A stretch of 64,000 nt of DNA from Spirochaetia bacterium. GTDB taxonomy: Bacteria; Spirochaetota; Spirochaetia; CADAEX01. Numbering within the stretch: position 1 is the stretch's first letter; every line of letters begins with the position of its first letter. The translations under genes and the position numbers were made by a program. This document shows positions 22,001-31,219 of this stretch, in pieces. The notes under the pieces are model-generated. The model ran no database searches and was not told where the DNA came from. It worked only from the letters and a program-made list of their open reading frames with translations. The stretch covers positions 2,272,001 to 2,336,000 of the forward strand of contig OY759746.1 of assembly GCA_963662795.1 (NCBI GenBank). The letters run 5' to 3'.

Positions 22001-22273
22001 CTCGGGGAAGGCGAGCCTTTTTGGAGAGAGGAGCAGGTTCTTGATACTGAATATGATCCTGACGCGGATCCTGTTCCCTATCCGAGGGAAAAACAGAGAT
22101 CGATCGCTGTTGAGAGAAGAAGACATAATTTTGATGAAGTAGAACTGGCATGGAATGAAAGTGTAGCTGTCAGACAGTGCAAAAGATGCCTGAGATGTGA
22201 TTATGGAAAAGTTCCCGGTCCGCTTGTGGAAACAACGGTCCAGGTAGTAAGGGAGGTACCAATAAATGCCTAA
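19049..22273 (+). CDS. hydB: NuoF-like diaphorase (HydB) fused to GltD-like FAD/NADPH oxidoreductase, hydrogenase 1
   Basis: GLRGRGGAGF, CNADEGDPGAFMDR, GAFVCGEET, GGPSGG, ESCGKCVPCR; then PCQSGCP, CARVCFHTCEDKCRR, GAGPAG, GGGNAAID...YRRS, FAGGD. Confidence 0.9.
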   Translation: MGKEKKLKNKITTLADLEKIKQESLKRMAVRLQDPAEKGLPGDTPFHIMFCFGTGCLSSGAAFVKKAFAENLEKNGLADKVTLVETGCNGFCAGGPIVVVYPGGYFYQKVSPEDAVDIVESHLVKGKPVKRLMFHNPVNGEVIPKYKDIYFFALQNLRVLHNKGLISADSIDDYIARDGYFGFYKALKELEPDGIIKEIAESGLRGRGGAGFTTGMKWKFCSRTESNKKYIICNADEGDPGAFMDRSILEADPHAVLEGMMIGARAIGADTGYIYCRAEYPLAIQRLEHSINECREMGLLGKNILGTDFSFDIKIAQGSGAFVCGEETALMRSIEGKRGEPRPRPPFPAVKGLFDKPSVLNNVETFGNVPLIIKNGAKWFRETGTEKSPGTKIFALTGNVNNIGLVEVNMGTPLGDIIYEIGGGIPNGKKFKAAQMGGPSGGCITKEHLNVPVDYESVIELGAIMGSGGLIVMDEDTCMVDMARFFLEFIQEESCGKCVPCRVGTKRMLEIVTRICEGKGELEDIDRLVSLGNQIKDTALCGLGQTAPNPVLSTIRYFRSEYEAHILEKRCPAGVCPSLVRAPCQSGCPAKVDIPSFVALTGDKRYAEALQVHRNRNPFAAICARVCFHTCEDKCRRATLDESVSIRGVKRFLVDQEVIVQKPESRESERNAKRKIAIIGAGPAGLSCGYFLARLGYKPKVFESELRPGGMLVQTIPSYRLPRETLAREIRMIEQLGVDIETGVSLGKDFTLKSLADEGYEAVFMGVGAPDPITLGLLGEEAENVTDAIPFLKQYNIRGSVPVGKNVIVIGGGNAAIDAARTALRLGAESVKVVYRRSQGEMPAYEEEIDEAISEGVVLMTLTQPVEVIKNEKGAASGLRCIPMKLGEYDRTGRRRPTEKEGETFIIDADQIIIAIGQKLKTEKLLGETMPALTRQGFIQTNPVTGQTSLPWLFAGGDNATGPASVVNAIAGGEKAAVGIHDYLLGEGEPFWREEQVLDTEYDPDADPVPYPREKQRSIAVERRRHNFDEVELAWNESVAVRQCKRCLRCDYGKVPGPLVETTVQVVREVPINA

Positions 22274-24038
22274 AGCAGAAATAAACAACATGGAAATACA
22301 GTTTGAAGCCGGCGATACAATACTTAAGGCAGCCCATGCTTCAGGGATAGAGATACCCACACTTTGCTTTCTTGAGGGAAAAGATCCCCAGGGCGCATGC
22401 AGGGTATGCGTTGTCGAGATTGATAAAAACAAGCCTCTGGCTGTCGCGTGTGCTACGCCGATTATTGAAGGCATGAAGATCATGACCAATACCAAAAGGG
22501 TGCGGGAAGCGAGAAGGACCGTTGTCGAACTTCTTTTAAGCGAGCATGAAGGGAACTGTCAGTACTGCGACAGGGCTGAAGACTGTGAACTCAAAAAGCT
22601 GGCTTACCAGCTTGGAGTAAGTGAAATACGATACGAAGGGGAAAAACCTTTATCATGGATTGATGAGACAACACCGGCCCTTATAAGGGATCAGGCAAAA
22701 TGCATTAAATGCAGAAGATGTGTAACTGTATGCAATAATGTACAGGGTGTCGGCGCGCTGTTTCCCCAGGGACGCGGATATTCAACTGTTATCAGCACTG
22801 CCTTTGATTCTGGTCTTGATACTGTTGCATGCGTTCAGTGCGGCCAGTGCTCAGCTGTCTGCCCTGTCGGGGCTATTACTGAAAGAAACCATATTGATGC
22901 GGTTTGGAGAGCCATAGAGGATCCTGAAAAATTCGTTGTTGTCCAGACAGCTCCCGCAATCAGGGCAGCGCTGGGCGAGTGTTTCGGATATGAGCCGGGT
23001 ACCCTTGTTACAGGCAAGATGGTTTCCGCCCTGAGGCTATTGGGATTTGACAGGGTCTTTGATACAAACTTTACGGCAGACCTTACCATACTGGAGGAGG
23101 GGACAGAACTTCTTACAAGATTAAAAAGCGCGCTTGTTGATAAAAAGCCGGCTTCGTTTCCGATGTTCACCTCCTGCTCACCCGGATGGATTAAGTTCGC
23201 CGAGTATTTTTACCCGGAATTTCTTCCAAACCTTTCAACCTGCAAAAGCCCGCAACAGATGTTCGGCGCTGTAGCTAAAACATATTACGCTGAGAAAGCG
23301 GGTGTTGATCCGAAAAAAATGGTTGTTGTATCTGTAATGCCCTGTACCGCAAAGAAATTTGAAGCAGAAAGGCCTGAAATGGCATCCAGCGGAAGCAAGG
23401 ATGTTGATTATGTTCTCACTACACGGGAACTGGGGCGGATGATCCAGTCCGCAGGAATTGATTTCAAGGTCCTTCCCGACGGTAAAATCGACAGCCCGAT
23501 AGGGATGTCTTCAGGCGCGGCCGACATTTTCGCCAATACCGGCGGTGTAATGGAAGCGGCCCTCAGGACAGTACACGAGATAGTAACAGGCAGGGAACTT
23601 CCGATGGAGAATCTGCATGTGAAACCGGTTGAGGGACTTGCCGGAATCAAGGAGGCATCCGTGACTTTTACAGGCACGGTCCCTGACTGGAATTTCCTCG
23701 AGGGTGTTACGGCAAAAGTTGCTGTTGCCCACGGACTCGGGAACACAAGGACCCTTCTTGACAGCATCAACGAGGGGAAGAGCCAGTATCATTTTGTCGA
23801 GATCATGACCTGTCCCGGCGGGTGTATCGGAGGAGGAGGCCAGCCGCGCCTTACGACTGATGATGTCAGGCTGGCAAGGATCAGGGCAATTTACAAGGAA
23901 GATGAGGGTAAGGAAATAAGGAAATCACATATGAACCCTGAGATTTTAAGGATATATGAGGATTATCTTGTTAAACCGCTTGGAGAAAAATCTCACCATC
24001 TGCTTCATACTCACTATATTGAGAGATCCAGGGTGTAA
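22266..24038 (+). CDS. hydA: [FeFe]-hydrogenase group A catalytic subunit 1
   Basis: H-cluster motifs TSCSPGW, MPCTAKKFE, EIMTCPGGCIGGGGQP; N-terminal 2Fe-2S, His-ligated and 2x[4Fe-4S] motifs. Confidence 0.96.
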   Translation: MPKAEINNMEIQFEAGDTILKAAHASGIEIPTLCFLEGKDPQGACRVCVVEIDKNKPLAVACATPIIEGMKIMTNTKRVREARRTVVELLLSEHEGNCQYCDRAEDCELKKLAYQLGVSEIRYEGEKPLSWIDETTPALIRDQAKCIKCRRCVTVCNNVQGVGALFPQGRGYSTVISTAFDSGLDTVACVQCGQCSAVCPVGAITERNHIDAVWRAIEDPEKFVVVQTAPAIRAALGECFGYEPGTLVTGKMVSALRLLGFDRVFDTNFTADLTILEEGTELLTRLKSALVDKKPASFPMFTSCSPGWIKFAEYFYPEFLPNLSTCKSPQQMFGAVAKTYYAEKAGVDPKKMVVVSVMPCTAKKFEAERPEMASSGSKDVDYVLTTRELGRMIQSAGIDFKVLPDGKIDSPIGMSSGAADIFANTGGVMEAALRTVHEIVTGRELPMENLHVKPVEGLAGIKEASVTFTGTVPDWNFLEGVTAKVAVAHGLGNTRTLLDSINEGKSQYHFVEIMTCPGGCIGGGGQPRLTTDDVRLARIRAIYKEDEGKEIRKSHMNPEILRIYEDYLVKPLGEKSHHLLHTHYIERSRV

Positions 24039-24087
24039 ATTCTGTTTTTCCCGATAATTGAAACGGGAAAAGAACATAAATCGTGTT

Positions 24088-24140
24088 AAAAAAAAGAAAG
24101 GCTGCATGCGGATTTGCCCGCGCGCAGCCTTTTTTTATTT
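24088..24140. terminator. Bidirectional intrinsic terminator between the two hydrogenase operons
   Basis: A-run, AAAGGCTGC...GCAGCCTTT GC-rich stem, T-run. Confidence 0.8.
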
Positions 24141-24161
24141 CTTTATGAAAAAAACCTGATG

Positions 24162-25934
24162 CTAAACTGATTTCGGCGTATAGCTGGTATGCAGAAGATG
24201 ATGTGAAATCTCGCCCAGAGGCTTGATGAGAAAATTCCTGTACAGGGCCTGTATTTCGGGATTTTCATGCGATTTCCTTATCCCGAGATTTATATCCTCC
24301 CTGTATATCGATTCCGCCCTTTTTTTTCTTATCTCCCATGTGGTTGGGATGGGCTGTCCTCCTCCGCCGAGGCATCCTCCCGGGCATGCCATTACCTCAA
24401 TAAAAGCATAGGGGGATTTCCCTTCTTTTATCTCATCAAGAAGTTTTCTCGCGTTTTTAAGGGTATGGGCAACGGCAACCCGTACCGGCTTTCCTTTAAT
24501 ATTGATTTCAGCTTCTTTTATCCCTTCCATACCCCTTACATCCGCAAACTCAACCTTATCAAGGGTAGTACCTGTCAGCACCTCATAGGCTGTCCGCAGG
24601 GCTGCTTCCATTACACCTCCGGTTGCCCCGAATATTACAGCTGCCCCGGTTGATTTTCCAAGCGGATTGTCAAATTCCTCTTCCGGGAGCCCTGCAAAAT
24701 CAAGTCCGGTCTCCCTGAACATCCTCGCAAGCTCTCTTGTTGTAAGGGCATAATCCACATCCGGAAAACCTGCCCTGTTTGTAAGTTTTTTTCTCTCTTT
24801 CCAGTAGTGGAAAGCGGAATTCATTTCAGGCCTTTCTGCTTCATATTTCTTGGCGGTACAGGGCATTACAGATATGACCCTGATCTTTTCAGGGTCAAGG
24901 TCCGCCTGCCCGGCGTACCAGGTTTTTGCCAAAGCCCCGAACATCTGCTGCGGGCTCTTGCAGGTTGAGATATTTGCAAGCTGATCAGGGAAAAAGTGCT
25001 CAATGAATTTGATCCATCCGGGAGAGCAGGAGGTAATCATCGGGAGGGTTCCTCCTGTTGATATCCTTTTTATAAGCTCATGCCCCTCTTCCATTATTGT
25101 AAGGTCTGCCGTGAATTGTGTATCAAAAACCCTGTCAAATCCCAGTTTTCTGATTCCGGCTACCATTTTTCCTGTTACCAGGGCCCCGCTCTCCATCCCC
25201 ATGGCTTCTCCTATTCCAATGCGGATAGCCGGGGCGGTCTGTATAATGGTAAAAATATCAGGATCGTAAATATCCCGCCAGATGCTGCTGATATCTGATT
25301 TTTCAACAATTGCGCCGGTCGGGCAGACCAAAGAGCACTGACCGCAGTTGGTGCATACGGAGCTGCCCAGTCCCCTGTCCATGAATGTTGTTACACGGCT
25401 GTGAAGGCCCCGGCCTGTGACATCTATCGCGTTTACCGTCTGGATTTCGCTGCATACGCTTATGCACCTGTTGCAGAGGATGCATTTATTCGGGTCCCGG
25501 ATAAGAGAAGGGGAAGATGTATCGAGCGGCAGTGTTTTTGTCCTGGTCTTTGCGTAATGCTGTTCACGCACGCCGAGCTCCCATGCCAGTTTTTGCAGTT
25601 CACAATTCTGGTTCCTGTCGCATTTAAGGCAGTCATCAGGATGGTTGGCAAGGATAAGTTCCAGGTTTGTTTTTCTTGCTTTTCTTATTCTCTCGGAGTT
25701 TGTTGTTATTTCCATATCTGCCCAGACTGAATAGGAACATGAGCGGACAAGCTTTTTTGAGTCTTTTACTTCAATACAGCATATTGCGCAGGATGCGTTT
25801 GAAGCGACATCCTCCATAAAGCATAAATGGGGAATATTTATCCCTACCTCTTTGCAGGCATTAAGAATCGTGGTTCCCTCATCAACCAGGTAATCCTTTC
25901 CGTCAATAATTATGTTTATCTTTTTTCTCATCAT
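24162..25934 (-). CDS. hydA: [FeFe]-hydrogenase group A catalytic subunit 2
   Basis: TSCSPGW, MPCTAKKYE, EVMACPGGCLGGGGQP; same Fe-S architecture; start at MMRKK after GGAGG. Confidence 0.96.
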   Translation of the reverse strand: MMRKKINIIIDGKDYLVDEGTTILNACKEVGINIPHLCFMEDVASNASCAICCIEVKDSKKLVRSCSYSVWADMEITTNSERIRKARKTNLELILANHPDDCLKCDRNQNCELQKLAWELGVREQHYAKTRTKTLPLDTSSPSLIRDPNKCILCNRCISVCSEIQTVNAIDVTGRGLHSRVTTFMDRGLGSSVCTNCGQCSLVCPTGAIVEKSDISSIWRDIYDPDIFTIIQTAPAIRIGIGEAMGMESGALVTGKMVAGIRKLGFDRVFDTQFTADLTIMEEGHELIKRISTGGTLPMITSCSPGWIKFIEHFFPDQLANISTCKSPQQMFGALAKTWYAGQADLDPEKIRVISVMPCTAKKYEAERPEMNSAFHYWKERKKLTNRAGFPDVDYALTTRELARMFRETGLDFAGLPEEEFDNPLGKSTGAAVIFGATGGVMEAALRTAYEVLTGTTLDKVEFADVRGMEGIKEAEINIKGKPVRVAVAHTLKNARKLLDEIKEGKSPYAFIEVMACPGGCLGGGGQPIPTTWEIRKKRAESIYREDINLGIRKSHENPEIQALYRNFLIKPLGEISHHLLHTSYTPKSV

Positions 25935-28900
25935 CTGACACCTCCCGTACCGGAAAGCTTTATGTCGCACCTTAAGCACCTCATTGCCTCGCGCCGGGCC
26001 TGGTCTCCCATATAACCCAGGTTGATTTCCTGAAAATTCCCCTTCCTGTCTTTTACATTTAAATGCCTGCTCTCAATTCCCTCCGCAGATATTATCTCCT
26101 CAGGTATTTCATTGCCGTACTCAAATGTCCTGAACAGGGAGTCAAATCTGTGTTTACCTGTCAGGTCGAAATCAATTATTGAGGAAGCTGTTTTTGCAAG
26201 ACCCATGGCTTCGGCTGCAGTAGACGGGCCTGTTGTTACATCGCCGGCCGCATAAACCAGGGGTTTTCCTGTCCTGCAGGTATAGGGATTGATATAAGCT
26301 GTCCCTTTTTCCGTTGTTATTATTTTTTCCTGTTCAAGGAGGGCTGAATCTACCTTTTCGCCTACTGCAATTACGACAGTATCGCATTTAAGGACAGAGA
26401 TATTACCTGTTTTAACCGGTTTTCTTCTCCCTGACAAATCGAACTGTCCCCCTTCCATTTTCATGATTTCAATTGTTTCCACACTTCCGTCTTTGTTTCC
26501 GGTTATCCTTACAGGATTTGCCATAAACATGAATTTAATCCCCTCAGCTTCCGCCTCGGCAATTTCGCTCTTGTTCGCCGGCATGTCCTCTTTTGCCCTT
26601 CTGTAGGCGACAGTTACATCCGCCCCCGCTCTCCATAAAGATCTTGCGGTGTCTATGGCGACATTACCGCCGCCGATAATTACCGCTTTTTTACCGAGGG
26701 GAATCATCCTCTTTTTCTCCATGTTATCAAGCAGTTCCGTACCCTGAACCACCCCTTTCAGCTGCGATCCGGAAAGGTCAAAACCGATATGCTTATAGGA
26801 CCCGATGGCAAGAAAAACTGTGTCATATTCCTTTAAAAGAGAGTCTGTGTGTATATCCCTGCCGAGGGATTTGTTGAAGAGAAATTTGACCCCGAGTTTT
26901 TTAAAAATCTGAAGCTCTTTATCAAGAATTTCTTTCGGAAGCCTGTAGGAAGGGATACCGTAACGGAGGACTCCCCCTGCTTTCGGGTTCTGGTCATAGA
27001 CTGTAATACTGTGGCCGAGCCTGGAAAGATAAAAAGCCGCTGTAAGGCCCGCGGGACCTGCTCCGATAACTGCTATTTTTTTACCGGTTGACGGGAGTTT
27101 TTCCTTTAGAAGTTTATCATATATCTCGTTCTCCCTTCCCATCTTGTACATTGTGTCTGCCAGATACCTGTGAATTTCACCCTGATGCACCGGCTCGTCG
27201 ATTGTATCCCTCCTGCATCTCATCTGGCAGTGGAAATGGCATATTCTTCCGATTGTCCCCGGCAGCGGGTTATCGCGGAGTGTTGATTCAAAGGCTTCCT
27301 CAAGCCTGTCTTCCTTAAGCAGTGTGAGGTAGGCCGGTATGTCCATGTGCATGGGACATGAGTTTGAGCAAAGCGTTGTAAAGAGCGCTTCGCAAGTCCC
27401 TGCGCTGCAGTGGTGCCGCTGGATGTGCTCTTCATATTCATTCCTGAAATATTTAAGCGTTGTCAGTACCGGATTAGGGGCTGTCTGTCCAAGCCCGCAA
27501 AGGGCCGTATCGATAATAACATTGCCGAGCTCTTCCATCACAGCAAGGTCTGAATCCTCTCCTCCCCCTTTTGTAATTTTATTCAGCAGATTAAGCTCCT
27601 GCGAAAGCCCTTCGCGGCAGGGAACGCATTTTCCGCATGACTCTGAATTCGTGAACTCAATAAAATATCTTGCCACATCAACCATGCAGTTATCCTGGTC
27701 CATTACTACCATGCCGCCGGAACCCATAATGGCCCCGAGAGACGCAAGTGACTCATAATCTATCGGAGTCCCGAATTTTGATACCGGTATGCAGCCGCCC
27801 GACGGGCCGCCTGACTGTACCGCTTTTACCTTTTTTTCCTTTCCGGCGGCGCCGCCGCCAATTTCATAAACCAGAGTAAGAAGGGATTCCCCAAGAGGAA
27901 GCTCTGCAAGTCCCGTGTTTTTAACCTTTCCTACAAGGGAAAAGACTTTTGTCCCCGGGCTTTTTCCTGTACCTGTTTTTAAAAACCACTTGCTTCCTTT
28001 TGCAATAATCACGGGAATATTGCTCCAGGTTTCCACATTGTTGATATTTGTCGGATAACACATAAATCCGCACTGTGCGGGGAAAGGGGGCCTCGGTTTG
28101 GGTCTTCCGGCTTTTCCTTCAGCTGACGCAATCAGCGCTGTTTCCTCTCCGCAGACAAAAGCGCCGGCTCCCTCAACAATTGTAAGGTCAAAGATGAAGC
28201 TGGTGCCGGGTATTTTTGCCCCTATAAACCCAGCCTCCCGGGCCTGGCTTATTGCTTTCTTAAGTCTTTCGACCGCAAGGGGATATTCTGCCCGGACATA
28301 GATTATTCCCTCGTTCGCTCCCATTGCGTATGCGCCGATCAGCATCCCTTCAATGATCATGTGAGGATCGCTTTCTATTTCGTTCCTGTTCATGTATGCC
28401 CCGGGATCCCCTTCATCCGCGTTACAGATAATGTATTTCTTTTCCGCGGATTCTTTTCCCATAAGCGCCCATTTTACGCCTGTTGGAAAGCCGGCTCCGC
28501 CCCGGCCCCGGAGCCCCGATGCCTTTACTTCACCTATAACATCCTGAGGGCTCATTTCGGTAACGGCTTTTATAAATGCTGAATAACCACCCACGGCGAT
28601 GTATTCTTCGATTGATTCCGGATCAATAAGACCCGCATCCCTTAGTACTATTTTTTTCTGGCTTTTAAAAAAAGGTATCTCGTTCCATTCCGGAACACCT
28701 TTATAGCCGCTGCCGTAGCTGATATGGTGAGTATGATGGTCCCATTCTGAAATTTTGCACAGGATGAGTCTTTCCGGGAATGAAGCTTTTTCGATTCCTT
28801 TAATGATAGCATTAACATCTTTCTTCTGTACCCTGTTAAGCACCAGTAAAGGCTGTCCCGGTATGTTTATATTGACAAGCGGTTCTTTAGAGCAGTATCC

Positions 28901-29095
28901 CAGACATCCTGTTTTTCTTAATGTTATTCCCCCTTTTTGCCCCTTTAATCCTGTTTCAAATGCCTCATAAAGCTGGTCTGCTCCGTTACCGATGCCGCAG
29001 GTCCCCATTCCGATGGAGATTGAAGGAAGGTCGGGTTTTATTTTTTTTAAGCCTGCATTTTTCATTTTACTGATTTTTTTGATGTAATCTTTCAT
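25931..29095 (-). CDS. hydB: NuoF-like diaphorase (HydB) fused to GltD-like domain, hydrogenase 2
   Basis: GLRGRGGAGFPTG, CNADEGDPGAYMNR, GAFVCGEET, GGPSGG, ESCGKCVPCR; CSNSCP, GRICHFHCQMRCRR, GAGPAG, GGGNVAID...YRRA. Confidence 0.9.
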   Translation of the reverse strand: MKDYIKKISKMKNAGLKKIKPDLPSISIGMGTCGIGNGADQLYEAFETGLKGQKGGITLRKTGCLGYCSKEPLVNINIPGQPLLVLNRVQKKDVNAIIKGIEKASFPERLILCKISEWDHHTHHISYGSGYKGVPEWNEIPFFKSQKKIVLRDAGLIDPESIEEYIAVGGYSAFIKAVTEMSPQDVIGEVKASGLRGRGGAGFPTGVKWALMGKESAEKKYIICNADEGDPGAYMNRNEIESDPHMIIEGMLIGAYAMGANEGIIYVRAEYPLAVERLKKAISQAREAGFIGAKIPGTSFIFDLTIVEGAGAFVCGEETALIASAEGKAGRPKPRPPFPAQCGFMCYPTNINNVETWSNIPVIIAKGSKWFLKTGTGKSPGTKVFSLVGKVKNTGLAELPLGESLLTLVYEIGGGAAGKEKKVKAVQSGGPSGGCIPVSKFGTPIDYESLASLGAIMGSGGMVVMDQDNCMVDVARYFIEFTNSESCGKCVPCREGLSQELNLLNKITKGGGEDSDLAVMEELGNVIIDTALCGLGQTAPNPVLTTLKYFRNEYEEHIQRHHCSAGTCEALFTTLCSNSCPMHMDIPAYLTLLKEDRLEEAFESTLRDNPLPGTIGRICHFHCQMRCRRDTIDEPVHQGEIHRYLADTMYKMGRENEIYDKLLKEKLPSTGKKIAVIGAGPAGLTAAFYLSRLGHSITVYDQNPKAGGVLRYGIPSYRLPKEILDKELQIFKKLGVKFLFNKSLGRDIHTDSLLKEYDTVFLAIGSYKHIGFDLSGSQLKGVVQGTELLDNMEKKRMIPLGKKAVIIGGGNVAIDTARSLWRAGADVTVAYRRAKEDMPANKSEIAEAEAEGIKFMFMANPVRITGNKDGSVETIEIMKMEGGQFDLSGRRKPVKTGNISVLKCDTVVIAVGEKVDSALLEQEKIITTEKGTAYINPYTCRTGKPLVYAAGDVTTGPSTAAEAMGLAKTASSIIDFDLTGKHRFDSLFRTFEYGNEIPEEIISAEGIESRHLNVKDRKGNFQEINLGYMGDQARREAMRCLRCDIKLSGTGGVR

Positions 29096-29628
29096 GAATT
29101 TCTCCTGCGGGCAGTTTTTTTCGCGGATGAGAGTTTTTTGATAATTGATTCAAGTTTTTCGGAAGTCATGTGGCTGAATATAACGCCGTCGACAGCAATT
29201 ACCGGAGCAAGGGCGCACTGTCCGAAGCATGCGACAGTTCTGACTGTAAATCTCATGTCATCTGTCGTGTAGGATGTCTCGCCTCCTGTTTCCTCTTCAT
29301 TAAGGCCGAGTTTGATCATTATATCGGCAAGAAGCGCTCTTGACCCTCTGGTATGGCAGGCCGTACCCCTGCAGACTGTAACAGTATGGTCTCCCTGGGG
29401 TTTGAGATTGAAAAATGAATAGAATGTAATAACAGAGTAGATTCCTGAAAGCGGGACTTCCATTTTTTCAGCGACATAACGGATTGCAGGTTCTGTCAGA
29501 TAACTGTGGGGAGTCGCCGTCTGAATATCTTCAAGTACTGAAAGAAGATCTCCCGGTTTTCCCCTGTATCCTGCAATAATTGAATTAAAAAGTGAATTAT
29601 CGATTTGCTGAACTTTTGATGATTTCAC
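29092..29628 (-). CDS. hydC: NuoE-like [2Fe-2S] subunit (HydC) of hydrogenase 2
   Basis: VCRGTACHTRG and CFGQCALAP; GTG start with GGAGG RBS. Confidence 0.9.
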   Translation of the reverse strand: MKSSKVQQIDNSLFNSIIAGYRGKPGDLLSVLEDIQTATPHSYLTEPAIRYVAEKMEVPLSGIYSVITFYSFFNLKPQGDHTVTVCRGTACHTRGSRALLADIMIKLGLNEEETGGETSYTTDDMRFTVRTVACFGQCALAPVIAVDGVIFSHMTSEKLESIIKKLSSAKKTARRRNS

Positions 29629-29793
29629 ATAACCCTCCTAAAATATTTTTATAATTTATAAAAAAATTGCCAAGCTGAGGTGTGACATGGAAAAACAAAA
29701 GCTGTATTGGTTTTAAATTAGCTGTAATGAAAAAAGAAAAACATCCGGAAAATTGGCTATTTTCCGGATATAAGATGATACGGGTAATCTGAC

Positions 29794-30225
29794 TCAGTAA
29801 GGTGAAATAATGTAATTTTTAAGCTGCTCGTTTTCAAAAAGGTTGATCTGAAGAAGTTCACTTACAACATCTCCGATCGAAACCAGTCCCGCCAGCTTGC
29901 CTTCATCCATTACCGGAAGATGTCTGATTTTGTTGCTGTCGAACAGCTTCATTACGTCAATGATGTTGGCAGTTTTTTCAGCTGAAATAACTTTGGATGC
30001 CGGTGTCATGATATCGCTTACATTTTTGTCCAGATTGGTGAAACCTTTTCTCAGGATATCTCTTTCAGAAACAATTCCCTTAAGATTTCCGGCTGCATCA
30101 ACAACAACCAGCGCGCCGACTTTTTTACTGTTAAGAGTGTCTATACATTCTCTTACTTTCTGATTTTCCCTGATGGTGTAAATCTCATGTCCTTTTTTCT
30201 TGTCCAGATAGGTACCTACGTTCAT
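29794..30225 (-). CDS. Tandem CBS-domain protein
   Basis: KVGALVVVD..GIVSERD and IRHLPV..GLVSIGD; start at MNVGT after AAGGAG. Confidence 0.9.
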   Translation of the reverse strand: MNVGTYLDKKKGHEIYTIRENQKVRECIDTLNSKKVGALVVVDAAGNLKGIVSERDILRKGFTNLDKNVSDIMTPASKVISAEKTANIIDVMKLFDSNKIRHLPVMDEGKLAGLVSIGDVVSELLQINLFENEQLKNYIISPY

Positions 30226-30595
30226 ACAAACTCCTTTAAAAAACATTAAAACCCGGTCCTGAAAAACTACCGGCATTTAAAAACCCCGAATAGTTTCCAT
30301 GACTTTTGGACTCACGTAAATTTTAGTATGAAAAAAGCAGTAACGCAACCAATTTTTTTATAACTTTCATAATTTGAAACGGCTTATTGCATCATAAATA
30401 TCGAGAAAGCAGTGATTTAAATATGCTGAATCAAAAAAAGTATAAAATATTTGTATAAAATGTTAAAAGTTACTCTAAAATAATGATAAAGATACATAAA
30501 ACCATCAAATTATTGCGTTTAATAAATATAATTCAGACAGCTGACTGCAGTTATGTGTATAGACACTGAAAAAAGAGGCAGGTATACTTGTTTTC

Positions 30596-31165
30596 ATGGA
30601 AAAAAATAAACATCTTGTATGGATTCAGCGCGGCAGAAAATTAGTAAAGGATTTCAGGATATTCAAGGCCGTAGAGGTCGAAAGTATTTCTCCTGAAGGG
30701 GAAAAAAGTGTTTTTGTTCAGCTTGATTCTCCTGACTGGGTTAACATAGTCTGCACTGTTAAAAATGATGACGGCGAAGACTGCTTTCTCATGGTACGGC
30801 AGTTCAGACACGGCAGCGCATCGATAACGCTTGAATTCCCTGCCGGGCTTGTCGATCCCGGTGAGGAGCCGCTTGAGGCGGCAAAGCGTGAACTGCTTGA
30901 AGAAACAGGCACAAGGGCTGAAAAACTTATTTTAATAGGCAGGGCGAATCCTGACCCCGCTTTCATGAATAATACATGCTGGACATATATGGCTGTAAAT
31001 CCCGTGACTGATATGAAGCAGTCGCTTGATGAACATGAAGTTATCGATGTTGAAGTTGTTCCTGTAAAGCAGCTTGAGGCGGAAATGGGAAACGGCGAGT
31101 TTATAAACGCGATTACAATACTGGCTTACATCTGGTATAAAAAATACAGAAAAGAGATAATCTGA
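30596..31165 (+). CDS. NUDIX hydrolase (ADP-ribose pyrophosphatase-like)
   Basis: Nudix box GLVDPGEEPLEAAKRELLEETG; RQFR and LEFPAG. Confidence 0.92.
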   Translation: MEKNKHLVWIQRGRKLVKDFRIFKAVEVESISPEGEKSVFVQLDSPDWVNIVCTVKNDDGEDCFLMVRQFRHGSASITLEFPAGLVDPGEEPLEAAKRELLEETGTRAEKLILIGRANPDPAFMNNTCWTYMAVNPVTDMKQSLDEHEVIDVEVVPVKQLEAEMGNGEFINAITILAYIWYKKYRKEII

Positions 31166-31181
31166 TATGTCAGGCTGTCTC

Positions 31182-31217
31182 TTTTGAAGGCTGCCATTTC
31201 AGACAGCCTTCAGAAAA
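31182..31217. terminator. Probable bidirectional terminator
   Basis: TTTTGAAGGCTG...CAGCCTTCAGAAAA between convergent genes. Confidence 0.6.
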
Positions 31218-31219
31218 GG

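Noticed and set aside
21164-22495. 443-aa minus-strand ORF and other antisense ORFs inside hyd, clpX, typA and cas genes
   Set aside because: Shadow frames of well-supported genes; no recognisable motifs
30240-30330. Possible riboswitch upstream of the CBS gene
   Set aside because: Only a weak CCGG hairpin; no recognisable aptamer consensus
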